Shown here one piece after another: positions 13,701 through 27,152 of a stretch of DNA of 64,000 nt. The notes beneath the pieces are model-generated. The model saw only the letters and a program-made list of their open reading frames with translations, made no database searches and was not told where the DNA came from. The DNA comes from Isurus oxyrinchus. Taxonomy: Eukaryota. Location of the stretch: positions 93,186,001-93,250,000 of the forward strand of contig JANJGN010000021.1 in assembly GCA_026770705.1 (NCBI GenBank). The letters run 5' to 3'. Within the stretch, counting starts at the first letter, position 1, and every line of letters starts with the position of its first letter. The position numbers were made by a program, and so were the translations under genes.

Positions 13701-16700
13701 ACTGAGAGTCGGTGAGTGAGGGGGGACTGAGAGTCGGTGAGTGAAGGGGGGACTGAGAGTCGGTGACTGAGGCGAGAACTGAGAGTCGCTGAGTGAGGGG
13801 GGGATTGAGGGTCAGTGAGTGAGGGGAGGATTGAGAGTCAGTGAGTGACGGGGGAAATGAGAGTCGGTGAGTCGCGGGTGTCTGGGAGTCGGGGATTGAG
13901 GGGGGGGACTGAGAGTCGGTGAGTGAAGGGGGAATAAGAGTCGGTGAGTGAGGCGGCACTGAGAGTCTGTGAGTGAGTGAGTGTCTGAGAGTCGGTGAGT
14001 GAAGGTGTCTGGGGGTCGGTGACTGTGGGAAGACTGAGAGTTGGTGAGTGAGGGGGCGGAACTGAGAGTCGGTGATGAGGGGGGGACTAAGAGTCGGTGA
14101 GTGAGGGGGGGACTGAGAGTCGGTGAGTGAGGGATGGGACTGAGAGTCAGTAAGTGAGGGGGAGACTGAGTCAGGAAGTGATGGGGGGGACTGAGAGTCG
14201 GTGAGTGAGGGGGGGAATAAGAGTCGGTGAGTGAGGGGGGACTTAGGGTCTGTGACTGAGGGAGGGACTGAGGGTCGGTGAGTGAGGGAGGGATTGAGAG
14301 TCAGTGAGTGAGGGGGGGGACTGAGAGTCGGTGAGTGAGGTGGTGAGTGAGAGGCGGTGAGTGAGGTGGTGAGTGAGAGGCGGTGAGTGAGGGTGGGATT
14401 GAGAGTCGGTGAGTGAGGGGGGAACTGAGAGTCGGTGACTGAGGGAGGGACTGAGGGTCGGTGAGTGAGGGAGGGATTGAGAGTCAGTGAGTGAGGGGGG
14501 GACTGAGAGTCGGTGAGTGAGGTGGTGAGCGAGAGTCGGTGAGTGAGGTGGGTACTGAGAGTAGGGGAGTGAGGGAGGGACTGAGAGTCGGTGAGTGCGG
14601 GTGGGACGGAGAATCGGTAAGGGGGAGACAGAGAGCCGATGAGTGAGGGGCAAACTGAGAGTCGGTGAGTGAGGGGTGGACTAAGAGTTGGTGAGTAAGT
14701 GGGGGAAAATGAGTCGGTGAGTGAGGGGGGACTTCGGGTCGGTGAGTGAGGATGGGACTAAGGGTTGGTGAGTGCGGGGAGGTCATAGGGTCGGTGAGTG
14801 TCGGGGGGACTGAGAGTCGGTGAGTGAGGGTGGGATTGAGTGTCCTTGAGTGAGGGGGGGACTGAGAGTCGGTGAGTGAGGGGGGACTGAGAGTCGGTGA
14901 GTGAAGGGGGGACTGAGAGTCGGTGACTGAGGCGGGGACTGAGAGTCGCTGAGTGAGGGGGGGATTGAGGGTCAGTGAGTGAGGGGAGGATTGAGAGTCA
15001 GTGAGTGACGGGGGGAATGAGAGTCGGTGAGTCGGGGGGGTCTGGGAGTCGGGGATTGAGGGGGGGACTGAGAGTCGGTGAGTGAAGGGGGAATAAGAGT
15101 CGGTGAGTGAGGCGGCACTGAGAGTCTGTGAGTGAGTGAGTGTCTGAGAGTCGGTGAGTGAAGGTGTCTGGGGGTCGGTGACTGTGGGAAGACTGAGAGT
15201 TGGTGAGTGAGGGGGCGGAACTGAGAGTCGGTGATGAGGGGGGGACTAAGAGTCGGTGAGTGAGGGGGGGACTGAGAGTCGGTGAGTGAGGGGGGGACTG
15301 AGAGTCGGTGAGTGAGGGATGGGACTGAGAGTCAGTGAGTGAGGGGGGACTTAGGGTCTGTGCCTGAGGGAGGGACTGAGGGTCGGTGAGTGAGGGAGGG
15401 ATTGAGAGTCAGTGAGTGAGGGGGGGACTGAGAGTCGGTGAGTGAGGTGGTGAGTGAGAGGCGGTGAGTGAGGGTGGGATTGAGAGTCGGTGAGTGAGGG
15501 GGGAACTGAGAGTCGGTGACTGAGGGAGGGACTGAGGGTCGGTGAGTGAGGGAGGGATTGAGAGTCAGTGAGTGAGGGGGGGACTGAGAGTCGGTGAGTG
15601 AGGTGGTGAGCGAGAGTCGGTGAGTGAGGTGGGTACTGAGAGTAGGGGAGTGAGGGAGGGACTGAGAGTCGGTGAGTGCGGGTGGGACGGAGAATCGGTG
15701 AGTAAGGGGGAGACAGAGAGCCAATGAGTGAGGGGCAGACTGAGAGTCGGTGAGTGAGGGGCGGACTGAGAGTTGGTGAGTAAGTGGGGGAAAATGAGTC
15801 GGTGAGTGAGGGGGGACTTCGGGTCGGTGAGTGAGGATGGGACTAAGGGTTGGTGAGTGCGGGGAGGTCATAGGGTCGATGAGTGTCGGGGGGACTGAGA
15901 GTCGGTGAGTGAGGGTGGGATTGAGTGTCCTTGAGTGAGGGGGGGACTGAGAGTCGGTGAGTGAGGGGGAACTGAGAGTCGGTGAGTGAAGGGGGGACTG
16001 AGAGTCGGTGTCTGAGGCGGGGACTGAGAGTCGCTGAGTGAGGGGGGGATTGAGGGTCAGTGAGTGAGGGGAGGATTGCGAGTCAGTGAGTGACGGGGGG
16101 AATGAGAGTCGGTGAGTCGGGGGGGTCTGGGAGTCGGGGATTGAGGGGGGGACTGAGAGTCAGTGAGTGAAGGGGGAATAAGAGTCGGTGAGTGAGGCGG
16201 CACTGAGAGTCTGTGAGTGAGTGAGTGTCTGAGAGTCGGTGAGTGAAGGTGTCTGGGGGTCGGTGACTGTGGGAAGACTGAGAGTTGGTGAGTGAGGGGG
16301 CGGAACTGAGAGTCGGTGATGAGGGGGGGGACTAAGAGTCGGGGAGTGAGGGGGGGACTGAGAGTCGGTGAGTGAGGGATGGGACTGAGAGTCAGTAAGT
16401 GAGGGGGAGACTGAGTCAGGAAGTGATGGGGGGGACTGAGAGTCGGTGAGTGAGGGGGGGAATAAGAGTCGGTGAGTGAGGGGGGACTTAGGGTGTGTGA
16501 CTGGGGTGGGACTGAGAGTCGCTGAGTGAGGGGGGACTGAGAGGCGGTGAGTGAGGGTGGGATTGAGAGTCGGTGAGTGAGGGTGGGATTGAGAGTCGGT
16601 GAGTGAGGGGGGAACTGAGAGTCGGTGACTGAGGGAGGGACTGAGGGTCGGTGAGTGAGGGAGGGATTGAGAGTCACTGAGTGAGGGGGGGACTGAGAGT

Positions 16701-16850
16701 CGGTGAGTGAGGTGGTGAGTGAGAGTCGGTGAGTGAGGTGGGTACTGAGAGTAGGGGAGTGAGGGAGGGACTGAGAGTCGGTGAGTTACGTGGGTCTGAG
16801 AGTCGGTCAGTTAGGGGGTGAATTAGGTTCGGTGAGTGAGGTGGGTCTGA
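7800..16850 (+). repeat. Higher-order tandem repeat of about 3.48 kb (about 2.6 copies); boundaries approximate
   Basis: Identical ORF-track translations at 8369/11851/15332, 9120/12602, 9710/13192 and 11002/14484 (offsets 3481-3482). Confidence 0.92.
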
Positions 16851-19800
16851 GAGTCGGTGAGTGAAGGGGGGTAATTAAGTTCGTTGAGTGATGGGGTGAC
16901 TGAGGGTTGGTGAGTGAGGGGGGGGACTGCAGGTCAGTGAGTGAGGGGGGACTGAGGGTCAGTGAGTGAGGGGGGGATTGAGAATCAGTAAATGACGGGG
17001 GGACTGAGAGTCGGGGAGTGAGGGAGGGACTGAGTTGGGGAGTGAAGGGGGGACTGAGAGGCGGTGACTGAGGGTGGGATTGAGAGTCGGTGAGTGAGGG
17101 TGGGATTGAGAGTCGGTGAGTGAGGGGGGAACTGAGAGGCGGTGAGTGAAGCGGGGACTGAGAGTCGGTGAGTGAGGGGGGGACTGAGAGTCGGTGAGTG
17201 AGGGGGGACTGAGAGTCGGTGGGTGTGGGGGGGACTGAGAGTCAGTGAGTGAGGGGGTGACTGAGAGTCAGTAAGTGAGGGGGAGACTGAGTCAGGGAGT
17301 GATGGGGGGGACTGAGAGTCGGTGAGTGAGGGGGGAATAAGAGTCGGTGAGTGAGGGGGGACTTAGGGTCTGTGACTGGGGGGCGGGGGGACTGAGAGTC
17401 GCTGAGTGAGGGGGACCGAGAGTCGGTGAGTGAATGGGGGACTGAGAGGCGGTGAGTGAGGGTGGGATTGAGAGTCGGTGAGTGAGGGTGGGATTGAGAG
17501 TCGGTGAGTGAGGGTGGGATTGAGAGTCGGTGAGTGAGGGCGGAACTGAGAGTCAGTGACTGAGGGAGGGACTGAGGGTCGGTGAGTGAGGGAGGGATTG
17601 AGAGTCAGTGAGTGAGGGGGGGACTGAGAGTCGGTGAGTGAGGGGGTGACTCAGAGTCGGTGAGTGAGGTGGGTACTGAGATTAGGGGAGTGAGGGAGGG
17701 ACTGAGAGTCGGTGAGTTAGGTGGGTCAGAGAGTCGGTCAGTTAGTGGGGAAATTAGGTTCGGTGAGAAGGTGGGTCTGAGAGTCGGTGAGTGAAGGGGG
17801 GGAATTAAGTTCGTTGAGTGATGGGGGTGACTGAGGGTCGGTGAGTGAGGGGGTGACTGAGGGTCAGTGAGTGAGGGGGGGATTGAGAATCAGTAAATGA
17901 CGGGTGGACTGAGAGTCTGTGAGTGAGGCGGGGGTCTGAGAGTCGGGGAGTGAAGGGGGTACTGAGAGTCGGGGAGTGAAGGGGGACAGAGAGTCTGTGA
18001 ACGAGTGTGTGTCTGAGAGTCGGTGAGTGAGGGGGTCTGGGCGTCGGTGAGTGAAGGGGGGACTGGGAGTAGGGGAGTGAGGGGGGACAGAGAGTCGGTG
18101 ACTGAGGGGGTCTGGGAGTCGGTGAGTGAGGGAGGAACTGAGAGTCGGTGAGTTAGGTGGGTCTGAGAGTCGGTCAGTTAGGGGGGGAATTAGGTTCGGT
18201 GAGTGAGGGGGTCTGGGAGTCGGTGAGTGAGGGGGGACGTGGAGTCGGTGAGTGAGGTGGGGACTGATAGTCGGTGAGTGAGGCGGGGACTGAGAGTCGG
18301 GGAGTGAGGGGGGGACTGAGTTGGGGAGTGAAGGGGGGACTGAGAGGCGGTGACTGAGGGTGGGATTGAGAGTCGGTGAGTGAGGGTGGGATTGAGAGTC
18401 GGTGAGTGAGGGGGGAACTGAGAGTCGGTGACTGAGGGAGGGACTGAGGGTCAGTGAGTGAGGGAGGGATTGAGAGTCGGTGAGTGAGGGGGGACAGAGA
18501 GTCGGTGAGGGAGGGGGGACTGAGTCGGTGACTGAGGTGGGGACTGAGAGTCGGTGAGTGAGGGGGTGCAGTGAGAGTCGGTGACTGGGGGGGGAGCGAG
18601 AGTCGGTGAGCGAGGAGGGGGAATAAGAGTCGGTGTGTGAGGGGGGGGACAGAGAGTCGGTGAGTGAGGAGGGGACTGAGAGTCCGTGAGTGGGGGGGAA
18701 CTGAGAGTCGGTGTGTGAGTGGGGTCTGAGAGTCAGTGACTGAGGGGGGGACTGAGGGTCGGTGACCGAGGTGGGGACTGAGAGTCGGTGAGTGAGGGGG
18801 GTCTGAGCGTCAGTGAGTGAGGTGGGGCTGAGGGTCGGTGAGTGAGCGGGGGGAGCGAGAGTCGGTGAGCGAAGAGGGTGAATAAGTGTCGGTGAGTGAG
18901 GGGGCACTTAGGGTCCGTGAGTGTTGGGGGGACTAAGAGTCGGTGAGTGAGGGTGGGACTGAGAGTCGGTGAGTGAGGGGGGACTTAGGGTCGGTGGGTG
19001 TGGAGGGGACTGAGAGTCGGTGAGTGTGGGGGTGACTGAGAGTCAGTAAGTGAGGGGGAGACTGAGTCAGGGAGTGATGGGGGGGACTGAGAGTTGGTGA
19101 GTGAGGGGGGAATAAGAGTCGGTGAGTGAGGGGGGACTTAGGGTCTGTGACTGAGGGGGGAGGGACTGAGAGTCGCTGAGTGAGGGGGGGACCGAGAGTC
19201 GGTGAGTGAATGGGGGACTGAGAGGCGGTGAGTGAGGGTGGGATTGAGAGTCGGTGAGTGAGGGTGGGATTGAGAGTTGGTGAGTGAGGGCGGAACTGAG
19301 AGTCGGTGACTGAGGGAGGGACTGAGGGCCGGTGAGTGAGGGAGGGATTGAGAGTCAGTGAGTGAGGGGGGACGTGGAGTCGGTGAGTGAGGGGGGGACC
19401 TAAGAGTCGATGAGTGAGGTGGGGACTGATAGTCGGTGAGTGAGGCGGGGACTGAGAGTTGGGGAGTGAGGGGGGGACTGAGTTGGGGAGTGAAGGGGGG
19501 ACTGAGAGGCAGTGACTGAGGGTGGGCTTGAGAGTCGGTGAGTGAGGGTGGGATTGAGAGTCGGTGAGTGAGGGGGGAACTGAGAGTTGGTGACTGAGGG
19601 AGGGACTGAGGGTCGGTGAGTGAGGGAGGGATTGAGAGTCGGTCAGTGAGGGGGGACAGAGATCCGGTGAGGGAGGCTGGGACTGAGTCGGTGACTGAGG
19701 TGGGGACTGAGAGTCGGTGAGTGAGCGGGTGCAGTGAGAGTCGGTGACTGAGGGGGGGAGCGAGAGTCGGTGAGCGAGGAGGGGGAATAAGAGTCGGTGT

Positions 19801-21246
19801 GTGAGGGGGGACAGAGAGTCGGTGAGTGAGGAGGGGACTGAGAGTCGATGAGTGAGGTGGGGACTGAGTTGGGGAGTGAAGGGGGGACTGAGAGGCGGTG
19901 ACTGAGGGTGGGATTGAGAGTCGGTGAGTGAGGGTGGGATTGAGAGTCGGTGAGTGAGGGGGGAACTGAGAGTCGGTGACTGAGGGAGGGACTGAGGGTC
20001 GGTGAGTGAGGGAGGGATTGAGAGTCGGTCAGTGAGGGGGGACAGAGATCCGGTGAGGGAGGCTGGGACTGAGTCGGTGACTGAGGTGGGGACTGAGAGT
20101 CGGTGAGTGAGCGGGTGCAGTGAGAGTCGGTGACTGAGGGGGGGAGCGAGAGTCGGTGAGCGAGGAGGGGGAATAAGAGTCGGTGTGTGAGGGGGGGACA
20201 GAGAGTCGGTGAGTGAGGTGGGGACTGAGAGTCGGTGAGTGGGGGGGAACTGAGAGTCGGTGAGTGAGGGGGGTCTGAGAGTCAGTGACTGAGGGGGGGA
20301 CTGAGGATCGGTGACCGAGGAGGGGACTGAGAGTCGGTGAGTGAGGGGGGTCTGAGCGTCAGTGAGTGAGGTGGGGCTGAGGGTCGGTGAGTGAGGGGGG
20401 GAGCGAGAGTCGGTGAGCGAAGAGGGTGAATAAGTGTCGGTGAGTGAGGGGGCACTTAGGGTCCGTGAGTGTTGGGGGGACTGAGAGTCGGTGAGTGAGG
20501 GTGGGACTGAGAGGCGGTGAGTGAGGGGGTGACTGAGAGTCGGTGAGTGAGGGGGCTACTGATAGACGGTGAGTGAAGCAGGGACTGAGAGTCGGTGAGT
20601 GAGGGGGGGACTGAGAGTCAGTGAGTGAGGTGGGGAGCGAGAGTTGGTGTGCGAGGGGGGGAATAATAGTCGGTGAGTGAGGGGGGACTTAGAGTCGGTG
20701 AGTGTGGCGGGGGCTTAGTGTCGGTGAGTGAGGGGGGGGACTGAGATTCGGTGAGTGAGGGGGGACTGAGAGTCGGTGAGTGAGGGGGGGACTGAGAGTC
20801 GGTGAATGAGGGGGGACTGAGGGTCGGAGACTGAGGTGGGACTGAGAGACGGTGAGTGACGGGGGGACTGAGAGTCCGTGAGTGAGGGGGGTCTGACCGT
20901 CAGAGTGAGGGGGGGGCTGAGGGCCTGTGAGTGAGGGGGGGACTGAGAGTCGGTGAGTGCGGGGGGATTGAGAGTCGGTGAGTGAGGGGGGCACTGAGAG
21001 TCGGTGAGTGAGGGGGGCCACTGAGAGTCGGTGAGTGAGAGGGGACTGAGAGTCGGTGAGTGAGGGGGGACTCAGATTCGGTGAGTGAGGGGGGTGCAGA
21101 GTCGGTGAGTGAGGGGGGGACTTAGGGTCGGTGAGTGAGGGGGGACTGAGAGTTGGTGAGTGAGGGGTGAGTGAGAGTCGGCGAGTGAGGGGAGTACTGA
21201 GAGTAGGGGAGTGAGGGAGGGACTGAGAGCCAGTGAGTTAGGTGGG

Positions 21247-24200
21247 TCTGAGAGTCGGTCAGTTAGGGGGGGAATTAAGTTCGTTGAGTGACGGGGGTGA
21301 CTGAGGGTCGGTGAGTGAGGGGGGTGACTGAGGGTCGGTGAGTGATGGGGGGACTGAGAATCAATAAATGACGGGGGGACTGAGAGTCGGTGAGTGAGGG
21401 GGGGGTCTGAGAGTCGGGGAGTACTGAGAGTCGGTGAGGGAGGGGGGACAGAGAGTCTGTGAGCGAGGGTGTGTCTGAGAGTCGGTGACAGAGGGGGTCT
21501 GGGAGTCAGTGAGTGAGGGGGGAACTGGGAGTCGGTGGGTGAGGGGGGGAACTGAGAATCGGTGAGTGAGGGTGGGACTGAGAGGCAGTGAGTGAGGGGG
21601 GGACTGAGAATCAGTGAGTGAGGGGGCTACTGAGAGTCGGTGAGTGAAGGGGGGACTTAGAGTCGGTGAGTGCGGGGGGATTGAGAGTCGGTGAGTGAGG
21701 GGGGCACTGAGAGTCGGTGAGTAAGGGGGGACAGAGCGTCGGTGAGTGAGGGGCAGACTGAGAGTCGGTGAGTGAGGGGGGACTTAAAGTCGGTGAGTGT
21801 GGGTGGAACTGAGAGTCGGTGACTGAGACGGGGACTGAGGGTCGGTGACTGAGGCGGGGGACTGAGAGTCGGTGAGTGAGGTGGGGACTGAGAGTCGGTG
21901 AGTGAGGGGGGTCTGAGCGTCAGTGAGTGAGTTGGGGCTGAAGGTCGGTGAGTAGGGTGGGAAGCGAGAGTCGGTGAGCGAGGAGGGGGAATAAGAGTCG
22001 GTGAGTGAGGGGGGACTTAGGGTTGGTGAGTGTGGGGGAGACTGACAGTCGGTGAGTGCGGGTGGGACAGAGAGTCAGTGAGTGGGGGGGACAGAGAGTC
22101 GGTGAGTGAGGTGCGGACTGAGAGTTAGTGAATGCGGGTGGGACAGAGAGTCGGTGAGTGAGGGGGGGACAGAGAGTCGGTGAGTGAGGGGGGTACTGAG
22201 AGTTGGTGACTTAGTGGCGGACTGACGGTCGGTGACTAAGCGGGGGACTGAGAGTCGGTGAGTGAGGGGGGGGACTGAGAGTCAGTGAGTGAGGGGGGCA
22301 CTGAGAGTCGGTGAGTGAGTGGGGAACTGAATCGGGGAGTGAGGGGGGGACTGAGAGACGGTGAGTGAGGGGGGGACTGAGAGTCCGTGAGTGAGGGGGT
22401 TCTGAGCGTCAGTGAGTGAGGGGGGGCTGAGGGCTTGTGAGTGAGGGGGGGGACTGAGTGTCGGTGAGTGAGGGGTGCAATGTGAGTCGGTGAGTGGGGG
22501 GATGGAGCGAGAGTCGGTGAGTCGGGGGGGTACTGAGAGTCTGTGAGTGCGGGGGGATTGAGAGTCGGTGAGTAAGGGGGGACACTGAGAGTCGGTGAGT
22601 GAGGGGGGTGCAGAGTCGGTGAGTGAGGTGGGGACTTAGGGTCGGTGAGTGAAGGGGGACTGAGAGTTGGTGAGTGAGGGGGTGACTGAGAGTCGGCGAG
22701 TGAGGGGGGTACTGACAGTAGGCGAGTGAGGGAGGGACTGAGAGTCGGTGAGTTAGGTGGGTCTGAGAGTCGGTCAGTTAGGGGGGGAATTAGGTTCGGT
22801 GAGTGAGGTGGGTCTGAGAGTCGGTGAGTGAAGGGGGGGGAATTAAGTTCGTTGAGTGACGGGGGTGACTGAGGGTCGGTGAGTGAGGGGGGGGACTGAG
22901 AATCAGTAAATGTCGGGGGCACTGAGAGTCAGTGAGTGAGGGGGGGTCTGAGAGTCGGGGAGTACTGAGAGTCGGTGAGTGAGGGGGGACAGAGAGTCTG
23001 TGAGCAAGGATGTGTCTGAGAGTTGGTGAGAGAGGGGGTCTGGGAGTCGGTGAGTGAGGGGGGAACTGGGAATCGGTGGGTGAGGGGGGGACACAGAGTC
23101 GGTGAGTGAGGGGGTGACTGAGGGTCGGTAAGTGAGGGGGGGAGCAAGAGTCGGTGAGCGAGGAGGGGGAATAAGAGTCGGTGAGTGAGGGGGGACTTAG
23201 GGTCGGTGAGTGTGGGGGAGACTGACAGTCGGTGAGTGCGGGTGGGACAGAGAGTCGGTGAGTGAGGGTGGACAGAGAGTCGGTGAGTGAGGGGTGGACT
23301 GAGAGTCGGTGAGTGCGAGTGGAACAGAGAGTCGGTGAGTGAGGGGGGGACAGAGAGTCGGTGAGTGAGGGGGGGACAGAGAGTCGGTGACTTAGTGGCG
23401 GACTGAGGGTCGGTGACTGAGCAGGGGACTGAGAGTCAGTGAGTGAAGGGGGTACTGAGAGTCGGTGAGTGAGGGGGGGACTGAGTTGGTGAGTGAATGG
23501 CGGACTGAGTGTCAGTGAGTGAGGGGGTTTATGAGAGTCGTTGAACGTGGGGGGGACTGATTGTCGGTGACTGAAGGGCGGACGGAGAGTCTGTGAGTGA
23601 GGGGGGGCAGTGAGAATCGGTGACTGAGGTGTGGAGCGAGAGTTGGTGAGCGAGGAGGGGGAATATGAGTCGGTGAGTGAGGGGGGACTGAGATTCGGTG
23701 AGTGAGGGGGGCACTGAGAGTCGGTGAGTGAGTGGGGAACTGAATCGGGGAGTGAGGGGGGGACTGAGAGACGGTGAGTGAGGGGGGGACTGAGAGTCCG
23801 TGAGTGAGGGGGTTCTGAGCGTCAGTGAGTGAGGGGGGGCTGAGGGCTTGTGAGTGAGGGGGGGACTGAGTGTCGGTGAGTGAGGGGTGCAATGTGAGTC
23901 GGTGAGTGGGGGGATGGAGCGAGAGTCGGTGAGTCGGGGGGGGTACTGAGAGTCTGTGAGTGCGGGGGGATTGAGAGTCGGTGAGTAAGGGGGGACACTG
24001 AGAGTCGGTGAGTGAGGGGGGTGCAGAGTCGGTGAGTGAGGTGGGGACTTAGGGTCGGTGAGTGAAGGGGGACTGAGAGTTGGTGAGTGAGGGGGTGACT
24101 GAGAGTCGGCGAGTGAGGGGGGTACTGACAGTAGGCGAGTGAGGGAGGGACTGAGAGTCGGTGAGTTAGGTGGGTCTGAGAGTCGGTCAGTTAGGGGGGG

Positions 24201-27152
24201 AATTAGGTTCGGTGAGTGAGGTGGGTCTGAGAGTCGGTGAGTGAAGGGGGGGGAATTAAGTTCGTTGAGTGACGGGGGTGACTGAGGGTCGGTGAGTGAG
24301 GGGGGGGACTGAGAATCAGTAAATGTCGGGGGCACTGAGAGTCAGTGAGTGAGGGGGGGTCTGAGAGTCGGGGAGTACTGAGAGTCGGTGAGTGAGGGGG
24401 GACAGAGAGTCTGTGAGCAAGGATGTGTCTGAGAGTTGGTGAGAGAGGGGGTCTGGGAGTCGGTGAGTGAGGGGGGAACTGGGAATCGGTGGGTGAGGGG
24501 AGGACACAGAGTCGGTGAGTGAGGGGGTGACTGAGGGTCGGTGACCGAGGGGGGGACTGAGAGTCGGTGAGTGAGGGGGGTCTGAGCGTCAGTGAGTGAG
24601 GTGGAGCTGAGGGTCGGTAAGTGAGGGGGGGAGCGAGAGTCGGTGAGCGAGGAGGGTTAATAAGTGTCGGTCAGTGAGGGGGCACTTAGGGTCGGTGAGT
24701 GTGGAGGGGACTGAGAGTCGGCGAGTGAGGGTGGGACTGAGAGGCAGTGAGTGAGGGGGGGACTGAGAGTCAGTGAGTGAGGGGGCTACTGAGAGTCGGT
24801 GAGTGAAGGGGGGACTAAGAGTCGGTGAGTGAGGGGGGGACTGAGAGGCAGTGAGTGAGGGGGGGACTGAGAGTCAGTGAGTGAGGGGGCTACTGAGAGT
24901 CGGTGAGTGAAGGGGGGACTGAGAGTCGGTGAGTGAGGGGGGGAGCGAGAGTCGGTGTGCGAGTGTGGGGAATAAGAGTCGGTGAGTGAGGGGGGACTTA
25001 GAGTCGGTGAGTGTGGTGGGGGCTGAGTGTCGTTGAGTGAGGGGGGACAGAGAGTCGGTGAGTGAGGGGGGACTGACAGTCGGTGAATGAGGGGGGACTG
25101 AGGGTCGGAGACTGAGGTGGGACTGTGAGTCGGTGAGTGAGGCGGGTCTGAGAGTCAGTCAGTTAGGGGGGTAATTAGGTTCGGTGAGTGAGGTGGGTCT
25201 GAGAGTCGGTGAGTGAAGGGGGGGAATTAAGTTCGTTGAGTGACGGGGGTGACTGAGGGTCGGTGAGTGAGGGGGGACTGAGGGTCAGTGAGAGGGGGAA
25301 GATTGAGAATCAGTAAATGATGGGGGGACTGAGAGTCGGTGAGTGAGGGGGGGGACAGAGAGTCGGTGAGTGAGGGGCAGACTGAGAGTCGGTGAGTGAG
25401 GGGCAGACTGAGAGTCGGTGAGTGAGGGGGGACTTAAGGTCGGTGAGTGTGGGTGGAACTGAGAGTCGGTGACTAAGGGGGGGACTGAGGGTCGGTGACT
25501 GAGGGGGGGATTGAGAGTCGGTGAGTGAGGTGGGGACTGAGAGTCGGTGAGTGAGGGGGGTCTGAGCGTCAGTGAGTGAGTTGGGTCTGAGGGTCGGTGA
25601 GTGAGGGGGGGAGTGAGAGTCGGTGAGCGAGGAGGGGGAATAAGAGTCGATGAGTGAGGGGAGACTTAGGGTCGGTGAGTGTGGGGGAGACTGACAGTCG
25701 GTGAGTGCGGGTGGGACAGAGAGTCAGTGAGTGCATGGGGGAAAGAGAGTCGGTGAGTGAGGGGCAGACTGAGAGTCGGTGAGTGAGGGGGGACTTAAGG
25801 TCGGTGAGTGTGGGTGGAACTGAGAGTCGGTGACTGAGGGGGGGACTGAGGGTCATGACTGAGGGGGGGACTGAGAGTCGGTGGGTGAGGTGGGGGACTG
25901 AGAGTCGGTGAATGAGGGGGGACTGAGAGTCGGTGAGCGAGGAGGGGGACTGAGAGTCGGTGAGTGAGGGGGGACTGAGAGTCGGTGAGTGAGGGTGTGT
26001 CTGAGAGTCGGTGAGTGAGGGGGTCTGGGAGTCGGTGAGTGAGGGGGGACTGGGAGTCAGTGAGTGAGGGGGGGTCTGAGAGTCGGTGAGTGAGGGGGGG
26101 ACCGAGAGTCGGTGCGTGAGGGTGGGAATCAGAGTCGGGGAGTGAGGGGGGGGACTGAGAGTCGGTGAGTGAGGGTGTGACTGAGAGTCGGTGAGTGAGG
26201 GGGGGTCTGAGCGTCAGTGAGTGAGTTGGGGCTGAGGGTCGGTGAGTGAGGGGGGGAGCAAGAGTCGGTGAGCGAGGAGGGGGAATAAGAGTCGGTGAGT
26301 GAGGGGGGACTTAGGGTCGGTGAGTGTGGGGGAGACTGACAGTCGGTGAGTGCGGGTGGGACAGAGAGTCGGTGAGTGAGGGTGGACAGAGAGTCGGTGA
26401 GTGAGGGGTGGACTGAGAGTCGGTGAGTGCGAGTGGAACAGAGAGTCGGTGAGTGAGGGGGGGACAGAGAGTCGGTGAGTGAGGGGGGGACAGAGAGTCG
26501 GTGACTTAGTGGCGGACTGAGGGTCGGTGACTGAGCAGGGGACTGAGAGTCAGTGAGTGAAGGGGGTACTGAGAGTCGGTGAGTGAGGGGGGGACTGAGT
26601 TGGTGAGTGAATGGCGGACTGAGTGTCAGTGAGTGAGGGGGTTTATGAGAGTCGTTGAATGTGGGGGGGACTGATTGTCGGTGACTGAAGGGCGGACGGA
26701 GAGTCTGTGAGTGAGGGGGGGCAGTGAGAATCGGTGACTGAGGTGTGGAGCGAGAGTTGGTGAGCGAGGAGGGGGAATATGAGTCGGTGAGTGAGGGGGG
26801 ACTGAGATTCGGTGAGTGAGGGGGGGACTGAGGGTCGGTGAGTGAGGGGGTGACTGAGAGTCGGCGAGTGAGTGGGGTACTGAGAGTAGGCGAGTGAGGG
26901 AGGGACTGAGAGTCGGCGAGTGAGGGGGGTCTGAGAAACGGTTAGTTAGGGGGGGAATTAGGTTCGGTGAGTGAGGTGGGTCTGAGAGTCGGTGAGTGAA
27001 GGGGGGGGAATTAAGTTCGTTGAGTGAAGGGGGTGACTGAGGGTCGGTGAGTGAGGGGGGGACTGAGAACCAGTAAATGTCGGGGGGACTGAGAGTCAGT
27101 GAGTGAGGGGGGGGTCTGAGAGCCGGGGAGTACTGAGAGTCGGTGAGTGAGG
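21247..27152 (+). repeat. Higher-order block A, copy 2
   Basis: Matches 1-5904 apart from G-run lengths and rare substitutions; contains an internal repeat of about 1.41 kb (22903/24316). Confidence 0.92.
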
